From Octopus sinensis (lineage: Eukaryota): a stretch of DNA of 58,686 bases. The stretch's first letter is position 1. Each line of letters opens with the position of its first letter. A program made the position numbers and the translations under genes. The stretch spans positions 1 to 58,686 of the forward strand of contig NW_021835312.1 of the NCBI RefSeq assembly GCF_006345805.1, read 5' to 3'. Of this stretch, positions 1-12,807 are shown one piece after another. The notes beneath the pieces were generated by a model. It was not told where the DNA came from, did no database searches, and saw nothing but the letters and a program-made list of their open reading frames with translations.

Positions 1-491
1 GTTTTATGTTTAAACGAGAATTGAATTTATTGCTTCGGAAGTTGGCAATTTATAAACGGGTAATAAGAATAAAAGATGGGAAGAGAGGGAGAGAAAGAGA
101 GAGAGAGAGCGGGGGAGAGGAAGAGAGGGGGGAAGAAGAAGAAGAAGAATGTGTTAAAGAAAAAGAGAAGAGGAGGAAGGGGGAGGAGGGGTAGTAGAGG
201 ATGTAAATGGTCATAAAGATAACAAATAAATAATAAATAAAACTCATGAATTTGAAATGAAAGAGAAAATCTGAAATGTACTTAGAGAAAAACCAAAAGA
301 AAAAGCCATGTCGGTGTAGTAGTAGTAGTATAGTAGTAGTAGTAGTAGTAGTAGTATAGTAGTAGTAGTAGTAGTAGTTACAACGATAATGGTAGGAACT
401 ATTAAACAATACTACTGATGTGACCTCGTTTGACACAAATAGTTCTCAAGACGAAAGAAGTGATTGCTGCTGCTGCTTCGGCTACTAAATC

Positions 492-548
<57 letters not shown>

Positions 549-552
549 GGAC

Positions 553-740
553 AATGTTTTCAAATTTTGGCGCAAGGCCAGCAATGTGGGGATATGGCTA
601 ATTCGATTACATCGATCCCAACGCTCAACAGGTATTAAATTTATGGGCCCCGAGAAGATGCAAGGCAAAGTCGACCTGGGCGGAATTAGAACGTAAAGAC
701 GGACGAAATGCCGCTAACGATTCTGCCAGCTCACCGTCTT
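553..740 (-). mobile_element. tRNA-derived SINE, family A (tail type 1), internally deleted
   Basis: The reverse complement reads GAGCTGGCAGAATCGTTAGC...GGTCGACTTTGCCTT...TCGATGTAATCGA...CCAAAATTTGAAAAC and matches other family A copies here. It abuts a (TAA)n array. Confidence 0.85.
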
Positions 741-899
741 AAAGATGTTGATAATCTTTTTTTTTTTTGTCGAAAAGGGCCGAACGCAAAACAAAAAGGA
801 ACTATACAAAACGAGGGGCAAATGGGGCTTAGCATAAAATAATTGTATACAATAAAAACAATAACAATTAAAAGTTTTAAGCATTAATATTCTTCAAAA

Positions 900-1345
900 G
901 TGCGGAGTTCCTTCAGGACCAATCACGATAAAGGTACAACTTGATTACTCCGACTGCCACAGGTACATCAAGCAGGGGCATCTCTCTCCTCTTCAGCACC
1001 TCCGGTTTACAAGCATATATTCAGTGTAGGCCCATGCACACAGGCCGAAGAGGATAGTATTTGTTTGTAGCCCTTTCAACTTCGTCCACCATACTACCTC
1101 TTTCACCATAAACCCCAGGGAGGCGGCAGAGCTATCATCACGATGGACTTCGTTGATAACCTGATGCATCCTACACGCGACAACTCATCAAATTCCACTA
1201 ATCAGCAATGCTCGGACACTGAATGAGCGCATGGAGAACCGAATCATTGCCCTGCGCACATCTCGGACAGGTCCGTCTGACTGCACTTTTGTACCTGCCT
1301 GTAGGGCTTGTCTCAAAACGGCAGAGCATCCCGGTTGCATGGGTA
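900..1345 (-). pseudogene. Diverged Tx1-clade LINE ORF2 C-terminal fragment
   Basis: Minus-strand translation gives RTCPRCAQGNDSVLHALIQCPSIAD*W and MVKEVVWWTKLKGLQTNTILFG. These match GPTCPRCGQSDETVLHALVQCPTISDLW and MAKECIWWTRLKGLETNTFLSG in the full-length element at 37104-38144. Confidence 0.8.
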
Positions 1346-2091
1346 AAAATGACAGATAAGTAAAGAGCATCAATAAAGTGACATCAAAACTAGAAAGTTA
1401 CAGATGAAAGAGATGAACCACATGGAAGTGGGTTCATCAGACTATAACTTCCAAAAGCTTTTGGTTGACGGGACTTAGTTCAACATGAACAGACTTTTTA
1501 TGATTAGCACTTTTGGCTTAGATGAGTACCTGACAAAAGCATAAGATACACTCCTGCGTATTGTACAAGATATACACGATTACTTATGAAACATGTCGTT
1601 TTAAGAAAGTTACTGATATCCTAAAGACCGAAGCAGCAAAAAAAAAACAGGAATGCAAACTACCATACTGTTTCAAATGCAGAAAACATGGGTAACAAGA
1701 TAAAGTACACATATATCCCTAAACAGAGGCAGACTTTTGACATTGACTAAGTGAAAATACTCAAACGGCTTAAGGACCGAAATCAGAAACAGAAGATGTG
1801 ATAATCACTGCTTAAGAATTGAGTCTCGCAGCGAGATGTGATCATACTTGCATCAACCAGGATGAAACGGATTTAACCACAATGCAAGTTCTGTGAAAAT
1901 CATGATCAAACCATCGATCATATTGTGTCTGGAAGCTTATAACAAGAAGAGGACGAATAAATCTGCAACTATATGAAGGCAGCGGTGTATCTCGATTGGA
2001 AAATATGAGGAATTGAGGAACGGAATGAACAATAGACAATAGTCACTGACAGAAATGATGTCACCATCCACTGGGATATGTCCATCTAGAC

Positions 2092-2679
2092 CAGCGTTTC
2101 CCAACTATTTATTACTTATTGATCCTTTCATTCCTGTTTTACGCAGATGGACCCTTCTACCCATTGGAATTTGAACCAATAAATTCCTAGATGTAGGGAC
2201 ATAAATCTACCAAAACCGGTTGTCAAGTGGTGATGGGGAGGACAAGCACAGGCTCAAAGACATAAATACATAGATATATAAACACACACACACATATATA
2301 TAAAGCCAAATCCATAGAATTGGCCAATTAGAAGGTGATTACAATGGGCGGTGCAGGTTCAAGGCTAAAACATATAAAAGAATAAAAGAATATATACACT
2401 GGCTTCTTTCAATTTCTGTCTACCAAATCAACTCACAAGGATCTGGTCCGTCCATAGCTATAGTAGAAGACATCTGCCCTAGGTGCCACGCAGTGGAATT
2501 GAACATAAAATCATGTGGTTGGAAAGCAAGCATCTTACCACACATCCACGCCTTATTAACATGCTTTATGTATTGTAGAAGTGTAACGAATTAGTTGCCA
2601 TTAATTTTTAATGACAAAATCTTAAATGGACCCCCAACACCCAGGGTCATATGGAACCCGGTTCATATGATGTACACTG
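2092..2679. mobile_element. hAT (Charlie-like) non-autonomous element / MITE
   Basis: It begins CAGCGTTTCCCAAC and ends ...ACACTG. It is flanked by an imperfect 8-bp TSD (ATCTAGAC 2084-2091, ATCTACTC 2680-2687). Removing it restores the Dong reading frame. Confidence 0.6.
2399..2554 (-). mobile_element. SINE family B head fragment nested in the hAT MITE
   Basis: The reverse complement matches the GGCGTGGATGTGTGGTAAGA...GGCACCTAGGGCAG...GATTTGGTAGACAGAAATTGAAAGAAGCC head seen at 16490. Confidence 0.8.
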
Positions 2680-2780
2680 ATCTACTCTGAGAGAACGGTA
2701 CAAGAGAACATGCCTGACATCGTTTTCAAGGACTAGGAAGACAGATGATATATACTTATCATTGCCCTACATTCCCAAAG

Positions 2781-3190
2781 GAGGCGAGCTGGCAGAATGG
2801 TTAGCACGCCGGGTGAACTGCTTAGCGGTATTTCGTCTGCGTTACGTTGTGAGTTCAAATTCCGCCGAGGTCGACTTTGCCTTTCATCCTTTCGGGGTCG
2901 ATAAATTGAGTACCAGTTACGCACTGGGGTCGATGTAATCGACTTAATACCTATGTCTGTCCTTGTTTGTCCCCTCTGTGTTTAGCCCCTAGTGGGTAAT
3001 AAAGAAATAGGTATTTCGTCTGTCTTTACGTTCTGAGTTCAAATTCCGCCGAGGTCGACTTTGCCTTTTATCCTTTCGGGGTCGATTAAATAAGTACCAG
3101 TTACGTACTGGGGTCGATATAATCGACTTAATCTGTTTGTCTGTCCTTGTTTGTCCTCCCTGTGTTTAGTCCCGTGTGGGCAATAAAGAG
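2781..3190 (+). mobile_element. SINE family A tandem dimer (full unit plus headless unit) with Tx1-like tail
   Basis: Box A-like TGGCAGAATGG and box B-like GAGTTCAAATTCC are present. The body repeats with a 183-bp period (GGTATTTCGTC at 2827 and 3010). Confidence 0.9.
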
Positions 3191-3464
3191 ATTAATTTCT
3201 ATAAATGAAAAAGAGAAAAGCTGATGAAGTACAAAGAACTGGAGATCGAAACCATCGGGATGTCGAATAGGGAAAACTCCATAATACCAGCGGTTACTTG
3301 AATACTGGTGCACCTGGAAAGATAGGAATGGAAATGTTCCTTATTCGTATCCAGGAAAACTGTACGGTTTATGCAGTCCAGAAGATCACTCAGTTCGGAA
3401 TGGGTTCTGTGCTATGGATAGTGTTACCAATCCTGACATCATTACAGTGTCTTAGGTCTACTAC

Positions 3465-4050
3465 GACAACGACGATGATGATGATGAAAAGGCCGATGAT
3501 GATGATGATGACGATGATGATGAAGGCAACGATGACGACGATGATAATGACTGTAGCTTACGACAGTTATGAAAGCGATGTTGATGATGATGAAGGTGAC
3601 AACAACGATGATGATGGTGACGATGCTGACGACGACGACGATAACTATAACGATGATGATGTTCATGATGATGAGAATGATGAAAACGGTGACGACGATG
3701 ATCATGACGACGACGATGATGATGAGGAAAATGACAAAGATGATGACAATGACGACGTTGATTATGAAGACGAAGATGATGATGATGATGATGATGATGA
3801 TAAGGATGATGACGACGATGATGATGATTACGACGATAACGATGAGGAGGAGGAGGACGACGAGGCGGAGGAGGAGGTGGAGGAGGACGACGACGACGAT
3901 GAGGATTATGATGAGGATGATGACTATGGTATCGAAGATGATGGTGATGATGATATGAGGAGGAGGCTGTAGCTGACGATGATAACCATGACTGTGATGA
4001 TGCTTATGACTGTGATAATGATGCTGCTGTTGCTGCTGCTGCTGCTATTA

Positions 4051-4083
<33 letters not shown>

Positions 4084-4135
4084 GGGACAATGAGAATGAT
4101 GATGATGAGGAGGAGGAGAGAGATGACAACGACGC
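3465..4135. repeat. Compound (GAT/GAC/GAG)n trinucleotide microsatellite
   Basis: Directly visible; it produces the spurious Asp-rich and Met-rich ORFs. Confidence 0.95.
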
Positions 4136-4659
4136 CGGGGAAAGAGAAAGCAAAGAAAAAACAATGAAGAGTTAGAAGCGAGACGAGAGGATGTGAGAAA
4201 GGGGGTGACGGGGTGACGGGGTGACTGGGAGATGGAAGAAAAATACTGTGGATGATAAATGTCTGTGATCATGCTTATCTCTGCGAGATTACGTTTGATA
4301 AAACGAAACACGTTCGCTAAAATAATAACAATTGACGTTGGAAACTATAAAATTTTACAGCAAGACAAATTAAGGACGAATAAATAAATCACAACATATA
4401 CATCTTCGCTTATAAATGCCATAATTTTGTTTTTTGTATTAAATATGTATGTGTATGAACAACAGTTATGTTTTGTGTGGAGGGTTTTGTTGTCAGTGTG
4501 TTAGGTCTTGTTGTTGTTGTTGTTGTTGTTGTTGCTGTTGTTGTTGTTGCTGTTGTTGTTGTTGCTGTTGTTGTTGTTGTTGTTGATGTGGTTCGCGTTT
4601 ATGGACATCGTTTGACATCGTTAGTGAGATTTGTGTGTTTGCATCTCCTACTTTTATGC

Positions 4660-4694
4660 AAATATATGAACGTATATTTATATATATGGGTATA

Positions 4695-4733
<39 letters not shown>

Positions 4734-4817
4734 CTATATCATTATGTGTGTGTATGCACACACACACACACACATAAATATATATTATGTATATGTATAT
4801 ATATGTTATGTATAATG

Positions 4818-4848
<31 letters not shown>

Positions 4849-4981
4849 TATATAATATATATACATGCCACACACACACACATATATGTATATGCATATA
4901 TATATATAAAATATATGAATATGCTTATGCATGCTTGTAAATTTATATATATATATGTATGTATGTATATATATATGTATG

Positions 4982-5047
<66 letters not shown>

Positions 5048-5451
5048 TGCATGCATATACATATACGTACATACTTACACACACACACACACATACATAT
5101 ATATATATAGATATATTTTTATATATACATATGTAGAGGTATGTATGGTAATATATACATGTGTACGCGTGTGTCTATATGAATGCATAACTTAGTATGT
5201 GTATTGTGATTTGATTTTTGTTATTGATTTATTTCTATCGATGGTATGTCAGTAGAAGATGTGGTGTAGGTGGTAGTGGTGGCGAGGTATGGCGTATGTA
5301 TGGGTTTTTAGGCGAGGTTCGTACTATTTCGCTGGCTTTTAAATCGAGACATTTCGTTTGAAATATTTTATGTTGAGTGCTAGTTTTGTTATGAGTCTTG
5401 TTACCTCTGTTGCATACACACAATCATATATGTTTCAATGAATATATATAT

Positions 5452-5489
<38 letters not shown>

Positions 5490-5516
5490 AATATATACAT
5501 GTATATGTATATATAT

Positions 5517-5563
<47 letters not shown>

Positions 5564-5740
5564 TATATATATACATGTATATATTATATATATACATATA
5601 TATATATACATATATATATATATACATGTATATATACATATATATATATATACATATTATATTATATGCATATATATATATATATGTATATATACATCAT
5701 ATGTATATATATATATATATATATGTATATAGTATGTATA

Positions 5741-5785
<45 letters not shown>

Positions 5786-6060
5786 GTATACTATATACAT
5801 TTTTGTTTATTTCTTTATGCAGGTATCTACTAGCATATATCAGTCTCTATATATACATGCATACACATATATAGAAGTGTATGAGCCTCTATGTATGTGC
5901 GTGTATGTGCGTGTGTGATTGAGCATGTCCGTGTGTGTGAATTTTGTATGGTTTGTTATGCACAATATCTTCCTATCATTACAATATTTATATTAATAAT
6001 ATATGCATTTGTTGTGGGTTTCGTGTTATGTATGTTACTGGGTTGACTTGGTTTTGCAGG

Positions 6061-6135
<75 letters not shown>

Positions 6136-6138
6136 GAT

Positions 6139-6169
<31 letters not shown>

Positions 6170-7035
6170 TAGATATAGATATAGAAATATGTATATATAT
6201 ACATATATATATATGTAATTATATATGTATATATATATATATGTATATATATTTGTGTATACATATAAATATATATATATATATGTATATATATATATTA
6301 TTTTTATATGTATATATATATATATACGAATATTGTATATAAACGTGCGTATATCTATATATATATACATCTATATATATGGACATCTGTATATATATAC
6401 ATATGTATGTATATATATATATGGACATCTGTATATATATATTATATATATATATACATACACACACTCACATATATAAATACAAAAAATAGAAATAACA
6501 GTTGTAAATTATCTATTTGCATAACGCATAACATTTCAATATATATATGTACATTATTCATTATACATATATATGTCTAAATGTGTGTGTGTGTGGATCT
6601 GTTTCAATACATACGCACACAAACTCATACGCACAAATACACGGACGGACACACACAAGCATACACACTCGTATCCACAAAATAATACACACACACACAC
6701 AGACGCACGCACACATACACTCACACACATAAACATACAAAACTACATTATTTGTGTTTTATATTTTATTTTATTACATTTCTAGAAATTTTAATTTTGT
6801 CAATGTGTCAGAACAATTTGTAAACAGAATTTCTGTTTATTTTCAAATCTGTTCTTTGTCTTTGATAATATTTATTCATGTTGTTTATTTTGTTTACATA
6901 TTTATTTATCTCTTTATCTATTCATTTATTTATTTATTTATTTATTCAGATATCGATATTTAAAGTTGCACAAATCTCCTTTGGTAGTGTGGAAATATAT
7001 ATATATATGCAATATTTGTACATGCGTGCATATAC

Positions 7036-7069
<34 letters not shown>

Positions 7070-7185
7070 AGCGTGCATATACATACATATACATACATAT
7101 ATATATATACATACATACATTCACATGCTCATATATACGTATATATGTATATATCTATGTATATATCTATGTATATAGATATATG

Positions 7186-7221
<36 letters not shown>

Positions 7222-7440
7222 AATACATATATGTATGAATGCAACATATAAATATGTATATATATATTGTGTGTGTATATATATATATGTATACATATAT
7301 ATACACACATATACATATACATATCCATACATATATATACATATATATACATATATATATATATAAAATAGAGAGAGTGAGGGAGACATACACACGCACA
7401 CAAACACGCTCATTCACACACACACACACACGCACACACA
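4660..7440. repeat. Long compound (TA)n/(CA)n/(TACA)n/(GATA)n microsatellite field
   Basis: Directly visible; source of the poly-YI ORFs. Confidence 0.95.
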
Positions 7441-7769
7441 TACAATTTATCGATGATTAATTATTTGTCTAAATGTAAACTCTCTTTGAAAATTAGCTTC
7501 CGGTGATAGAGTTTAGTTTTCTTTTTCTGCTTTCGTTGTTTTGTTTTGTTTATTTCTTCTCAGTCATGCTGTGTTATTCTTAATTTTCTTTTCATTTCTT
7601 CTTCTTGATTTTCTTTCAACTTTTCTTTCGTTAGTTTTCATTCTTTTACCTCTTTATTGTCCTATTCTTTTTTTCTTTCTTCTCAACAACTCTCCATTCC
7701 AATGTTCTTCATCTTCTTGTTGCTGTCCTCCTTTTGCGTTTTCTTGTTTCGCATGTCTTTATTGTAGCT

Positions 7770-8310
7770 GTTGGTTTTAGTTGTTGTTGTTGTTGTTGTT
7801 GTTGTTGTTCTTGTTCTTCTTGTTCTTCTTCTTCTTCTTCTTCTTCTTCTTCTTCTTTTTCTTCTTTTCCTTCTTCTTCTTCTTCTTCTTCTTCTTCTTT
7901 GTCTTCTTCTTCTTTTTCTTTTTATTCTTCTCTTCTTGTCTTTCTTCTTCTCTTCTTTCTTCTGTCTTCTCTGTTTTCTTTCTTCTTCTTTGTCTTCTTC
8001 TCCTTCTTCTTCTTATAATCATCATCATTCTTCTTCCTCTTATTATTATTATCATCCCCTTCCGTCTCCTCCTCTTTCTTGTTCCTCTGCTTCTTCTTTT
8101 TCTTTTTCTTCTTTTCTTCTTCTCTTCTTCTTCTTCTTCTTCTTCTTCTTCTTCTTCTTCTACTGCTACTACTACTACTTGTTCTTCTTTTTCTACATCT
8201 TCTTCGTGTTCTTCTTCCCACCACAACCCACCAACGCTACCACCACCACTAACACCACCACAACCACCCATTACCACCACTACCACCATTGCTTCCTCCT
8301 CCTCCTCCCC
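7770..8310. repeat. (GTT)n/(CTT)n/(CAC)n simple repeat tract
   Basis: Directly visible. Confidence 0.95.
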
Positions 8311-8394
8311 CTTCCTTACTTTGATGCACATTATCTCATGTTGCCTTTTTCTTTTCTTCTTTTCCTTCACACACACATACAGACGTTAACACAT

Positions 8395-8425
<31 letters not shown>

Positions 8426-9159
8426 CTCACACATATACATACATACATATATATATGTATGTATATGTACATATATATGTATACGTGTATGTATGTATGC
8501 AAGTATATCTATTTTACACACACACGCAACAAATAAACCTATCTATACTCAGGCGGTTCTTTTACGTCCAAGGAACAGCGCATATAAATCGAATAGCACA
8601 CCACATGCACACATACACACATCTATGTTCACACACTCACACATAACATTGGGGCATCAGTTGTCCACACACACACACATACACGCGCATACAGTCATAC
8701 ACTCACTCACACGCACAGACACACATACACAAATACGTAAAGCGTCGGACATTAAATTTGCGGCCCTTAGCAAAGCAATGAATCAAAATTGAATCAGATA
8801 CGAGATTGAGTTTGAGAGACTGAGAGATATTGTATGTGTGTGTGTATGTGTGTGTGTATGTGCATGCATGTATTTGTATGTAAGAGAGAGAGGGGGTGAT
8901 ACAGTGATACAGAGAGAGGCGGACAGACAGAGACAGAGAACGGGAGAGTAAGTGCGGAAAGACATGGAGAGAATAACGAAGAGATATGGAAGAGGAAAGG
9001 AGAGCAAGGCGCTGGAAGGGCAACATAAAGATCTTGATAAGTGAACGCAGGATCTAATCGCAGTGAAATAGCCGTAAAAGTGTCATGTGACCCCCGAAAT
9101 AATTGGGGATTTGTGTATGGCGGGAAAATTGTTATTTGCTACTTTGATAATGCTAACTT

Positions 9160-9642
9160 CGCCTGGTGGTGATGTTGCTGGTGGTGTTAGAATTGGTGTT
9201 GGTGGTGATGGTGGTGGTTGTGGTGGTGGTAGTGGTTGTAGTGATGGTGGTGGTTGTGGTGCTGCTAGTGGTGGTAGAATTCGTGGTGCTGGGGTGGTGG
9301 TGGTTGTATCTGTAGTCGTTGCTGTAGTGCTGGTGGTAGTGGTAGTTGTGTTAGACATTGCTGTGGTTTTGGTGCTCGTGGTTTTTGTATTAGTGAGGTG
9401 GTGTTGGTGGTGGTGGTTTCTGTGTTGACGCTATTACGCTATAGTGACACAGAAGCGAGTGGCACCTGTGGTTGTCGTTGCTGCAGTGGTGGCTATCTTG
9501 GGCGTTGTTGTGGTTTTGGAGCTCGTACTGATTATATTAGAGGAAGTTGTGGTGTTTGTGTTGGTGCCAGTATTCGATAGTAATATAGAAGTGAGAGGCG
9601 CTTGTGATTGTCGATGTTGTAGTGTTGGTGGTAGTAGTAGTA

Positions 9643-9678
<36 letters not shown>

Positions 9679-9793
9679 CAGCAGCAGCAGTAGTAGTAGT
9701 AGTAGTAGTAGTGGTAGTAGCAGTAGTAGCAGTAGCAGCAGCAGCACTAGCGTAAGTAGTAGTAGAAGTAGCAGCAGCAACAGCAACAGCAGC

Positions 9794-9834
<41 letters not shown>

Positions 9835-9930
9835 AACCAAAAGTAGTAGGAGTAGTGGTATTAGTAGCAGTGTTAGTAGTAGTAGCTGTAGTGATGGTAG
9901 TGGTGGTGGTAAATGTATTGATTGTAGTGT
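9160..9930. repeat. (GGT)n/(AGT)n/(AGC)n simple repeat tract
   Basis: Directly visible. Confidence 0.9.
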
Positions 9931-10244
9931 TCCGCGAGATCACAGAAATTGACAGTGAAAATCCAGATTAACAGCGATTATTGGTGTCGAGCGCCCCCTA
10001 TCACAACCGACCTCACTGCCACTATCGAAACATCCCACCATCTCTAGCACTACTACTAGCACCTCTACTACCACCCACTCTCTACTATCACCTACCAAAT
10101 CCACCATCACCCACAACAACCACCATCACCAACCCCAAAACCATCAGAACCTTCACCCACAGCCTTTCAATGCCAAAAAATCCCTACCATATCTGACTGC
10201 CGCCTCCAGGGACACCACTGTTGTTGCGAACCCTTTCACCCTTA

Positions 10245-10331
10245 CTTGTGCAACACCACTGCCATACAGTGGGACTGAATCCAGAACCACGTGGTTGGGA
10301 AGCAAACTTCGTTCCACATAGCCACGCCTGT
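10245..10331 (-). mobile_element. SINE family B head fragment
   Basis: The reverse complement matches GGCGTGGCTATGTGG...CAACCACGTGGTTCTGGATTCAGTCCCACTG. Confidence 0.75.
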
Positions 10332-10529
10332 ATACTCCCTCTCTTCACCCTCTCTCACTCCTCTCTCTCTCTTTCTCTGTGTATATATATATATATATAC
10401 ATATGTATATTTGTATACATATAATTACGTACGTAGATACATACATACATTCATAGATACACATACATGTATATACACACACACGCACATATACATATAT
10501 ATATATATTATATATATATATATATCTAT

Positions 10530-10697
10530 ATAGGAAGAGTTTACGAAAAAAACAAAAGACGAAGACAGGTGGTGTACAAAACAAACAGATCTATTAGTAT
10601 AACGCTCAGGAATAGATAAAGTCTTTTACGTTTCGAGCCTACGCTCTTCTACAGAAAGGGACACAGAAAAAAAAACAAGGAAAGAAAGGTGATTCCA
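10530..10697 (-). mobile_element. Short Penelope-LTR-like unit with a minimal hammerhead-like motif, inserted in (TA)n
   Basis: Minus strand 10658-10623 reads CTTT-CTGTAGA-A-GAGC GTAG GCTC-GAAAC-GT-A-AAAG, giving stem I, stem II and a palindromic stem III. The core is CUGUAGA rather than CUGANGA. (TA)n lies on both sides. Confidence 0.55.
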
Positions 10698-10739
10698 TAT
10701 ATATATTATACAATTTTTTTCAATTGCATGAACTAAAAG

Positions 10740-11180
10740 TCGGAGGAGAACGGAGCAAACTACTTGCATCAACTTGCTATAAAAGCAGATAGTAATGTCA
10801 CCTTCTGCTTATTCTTAGTGCAAGTTTTGATGAGTGCTGCTCAATTTTTTAGCAGTTATTTTTTTCAAAGCTATAATGGAAGTGACAAAGGAGCATGTTT
10901 TGTTTTATGACTTCAATAAAGGCAACAACGCAACGGAAAGTGCGAGGTATTTTAACGCAGTTTATGGCCATCGGACGATAAGTGTAAGCCTGTTTCAATG
11001 GTAGCTCCCGAAATTCCGATCCGGTAACTACAACCTAGAAGACGAGCCTCATCCTGGAAGATCTGTAAAGATCGTCGGTGACGTCCTGCTAAACCTGGTG
11101 GAAGAAAATCCCATCTTAACTGTTGAGGAACTAGCAGAGAAGCTTAGATTTGTGTCATCTCAACTTACCAAGAATTGCTA
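10740..11180 (+). pseudogene. Mariner transposase N-terminal (HTH) relic
   Basis: From ATG 10876: MEVTKEHVLFYDFNKGNNATESARYFNAVYG...W*LPKFRSGNYNLEDEPHPGRS...VEENPILTVEELAEKL, a typical mariner DNA-binding region with an internal stop. It is truncated next to a SINE. Confidence 0.8.
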
Positions 11181-11202
11181 GAAATAAAGTTGCAAATATA
11201 AA

Positions 11203-11572
11203 AGGAGTCGTGGCTGTGTAGTAAGAAGTTTGCTTCCCAACCAAATGGTTCCGTGTTCAGTCCTAATGCGTGCCACCTTGGGCAAGTATCTTTTACTATA
11301 GCCTCTAGCCGACCGAATACCTGTATGTGGATCTGGTAGACGGAGACTGCGTGAGAGTGTGCGCGCGCGCGAGCGTGTGTGTGTATTTGTGTGTGTTTGT
11401 CCCCTACAATCTCTTGACAACCGATGTTGGTGTGTTTACGTCCCCGTAACACTTGCGGTTCGGCAAATGAAGCCGATATATTAATTGTAAGGCTTACAAA
11501 GAACAAATCCTCTGGTCTATTTGTTCGACTAAAAGCGGTGCTCCAGCAAGGCCGTCGTCAAATGGACTAAGC
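11203..11572 (+). mobile_element. SINE family B, near full length
   Basis: tRNA-like head, internal (GT)n spacer and a tail collinear with the copy at 16490-16918. Confidence 0.85.
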
Positions 11573-11674
11573 TGGGTGTTTACAGATGATATTCCCAGTG
11601 TATAATTGTATGTGTGCATATGTGTGTGTGTGTGTGTTTGGGTGGTTTCGTGTGTGTATGTGTGTGTGCATGCT

Positions 11675-11714
<40 letters not shown>

Positions 11715-11819
11715 CATGCTACTGGTTGGGGAAGAAGCAACATTAACAATAACAAAAAACTCTTCATTAAAGTTCTTTAAATGTTCTGAGATAGCTTACT
11801 CCGTCAAAGACAGCAGCAA

Positions 11820-12530
11820 GAATGACCACGGCAGCGACAGCAATAACATCGTCAACATCACCGGCTTGATTTTCATCATCATCATCATCATCATCATTAT
11901 CATCATTATCGTGGAGGTGGTGGTGGTGGTGGTGGTGGTCATAGTCGTCGTCGTCATTGTTGTCGTCGTTGTCATTATTGTCGTCGACGTCATTATCATT
12001 ATCATCATCATCATCGTCATTTCCATCACGAATTTCTTGTCCCTCAGCATCATCATCATCATCATCATCATCATCCCGAACATCACAGCCGACTCCTCCT
12101 CAACCATCACCGCCACCACCGCCGCCAACACCACCACCACCTCCTCCACCACCATCATCACAACAACAACCCTACGACCACCACCACCGCCGCCGCCTCC
12201 TCCTCACAAACACCATCACCACCACTTTCACTATCACCGTCACTGCCAAGTCCACTAACGCTATTGCCATCAGCACCTTCATAATCATCATCATCAACAT
12301 CTGTATCATCATCAGCGTCGTCGTCATCGTCGGCGGTTTCCTCGTCGTCATTATCATCATCATCATCGTCGTTGTCGTCGTCATTATCGTCATCATCTCC
12401 TTCCTCCCGTCCTACTCCTCTTCCTCCTCCACCTCCACGTCATCTTCATCTTCTACATTATCATCACATTCACTAGCAGCGGCAAAGAGCATCAACTTAG
12501 TCATCATCTTCATCATCATCATCATCATCG

Positions 12531-12563
<33 letters not shown>

Positions 12564-12582
12564 CATCATCATCACCACCATC

Positions 12583-12616
<34 letters not shown>

Positions 12617-12807
12617 CCATCTTCATCATCATCATCATCGTCATCATCATCGTCATCATCGTCATCATCATCATCATCATCATCATCACCATCTTCATCA
12701 TCATCATCATCGTCATCATCATCGTCATCATCGTCATCATCATCATCATCATCATCATCACCATCTTCATCATCATCATCATCGTCATCATCATCGTCAT
12801 CATCCTC

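Larger units (their letters stand above)
1372..3450 (+). pseudogene. Degenerate R4/Dong-type LINE C-terminal region (CCHC finger plus restriction-like endonuclease), split by insertions
   Basis: Manual translation of three collinear blocks: 1372-2091 (KSETEDVIITA*ELSL, PQCKFCENHDQTIDHIVSG, NDVTIHWDMSI), 2688-2780 (ERTVQENMPDIVFKD*EDR*YILI) and 3195-3450 (EKLMKYKELEIE, VYAVQKITQFG). All fit R4-clade RLE-type elements; there are many stops and frameshifts. Confidence 0.8.

Noticed and set aside
2781-2870. tRNA-like sequences at SINE heads (also 16490, 19345, 49983)
   Set aside because: They have box A/B but no complete cloverleaf and continue into SINE bodies, so they are not tRNA genes.
3298-3972. 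224-aa Asp/Glu-rich ORF resembling an acidic biomineralisation protein
   Set aside because: Its N-terminus is the Dong LINE relic and the rest is a (GAT/GAC/GAG)n microsatellite; there is no signal peptide or exon structure.
4468-9943. Many long ORFs (poly-YI, poly-L/F, poly-V/T)
   Set aside because: Pure translations of di- and trinucleotide repeats that lack stops in some frames.
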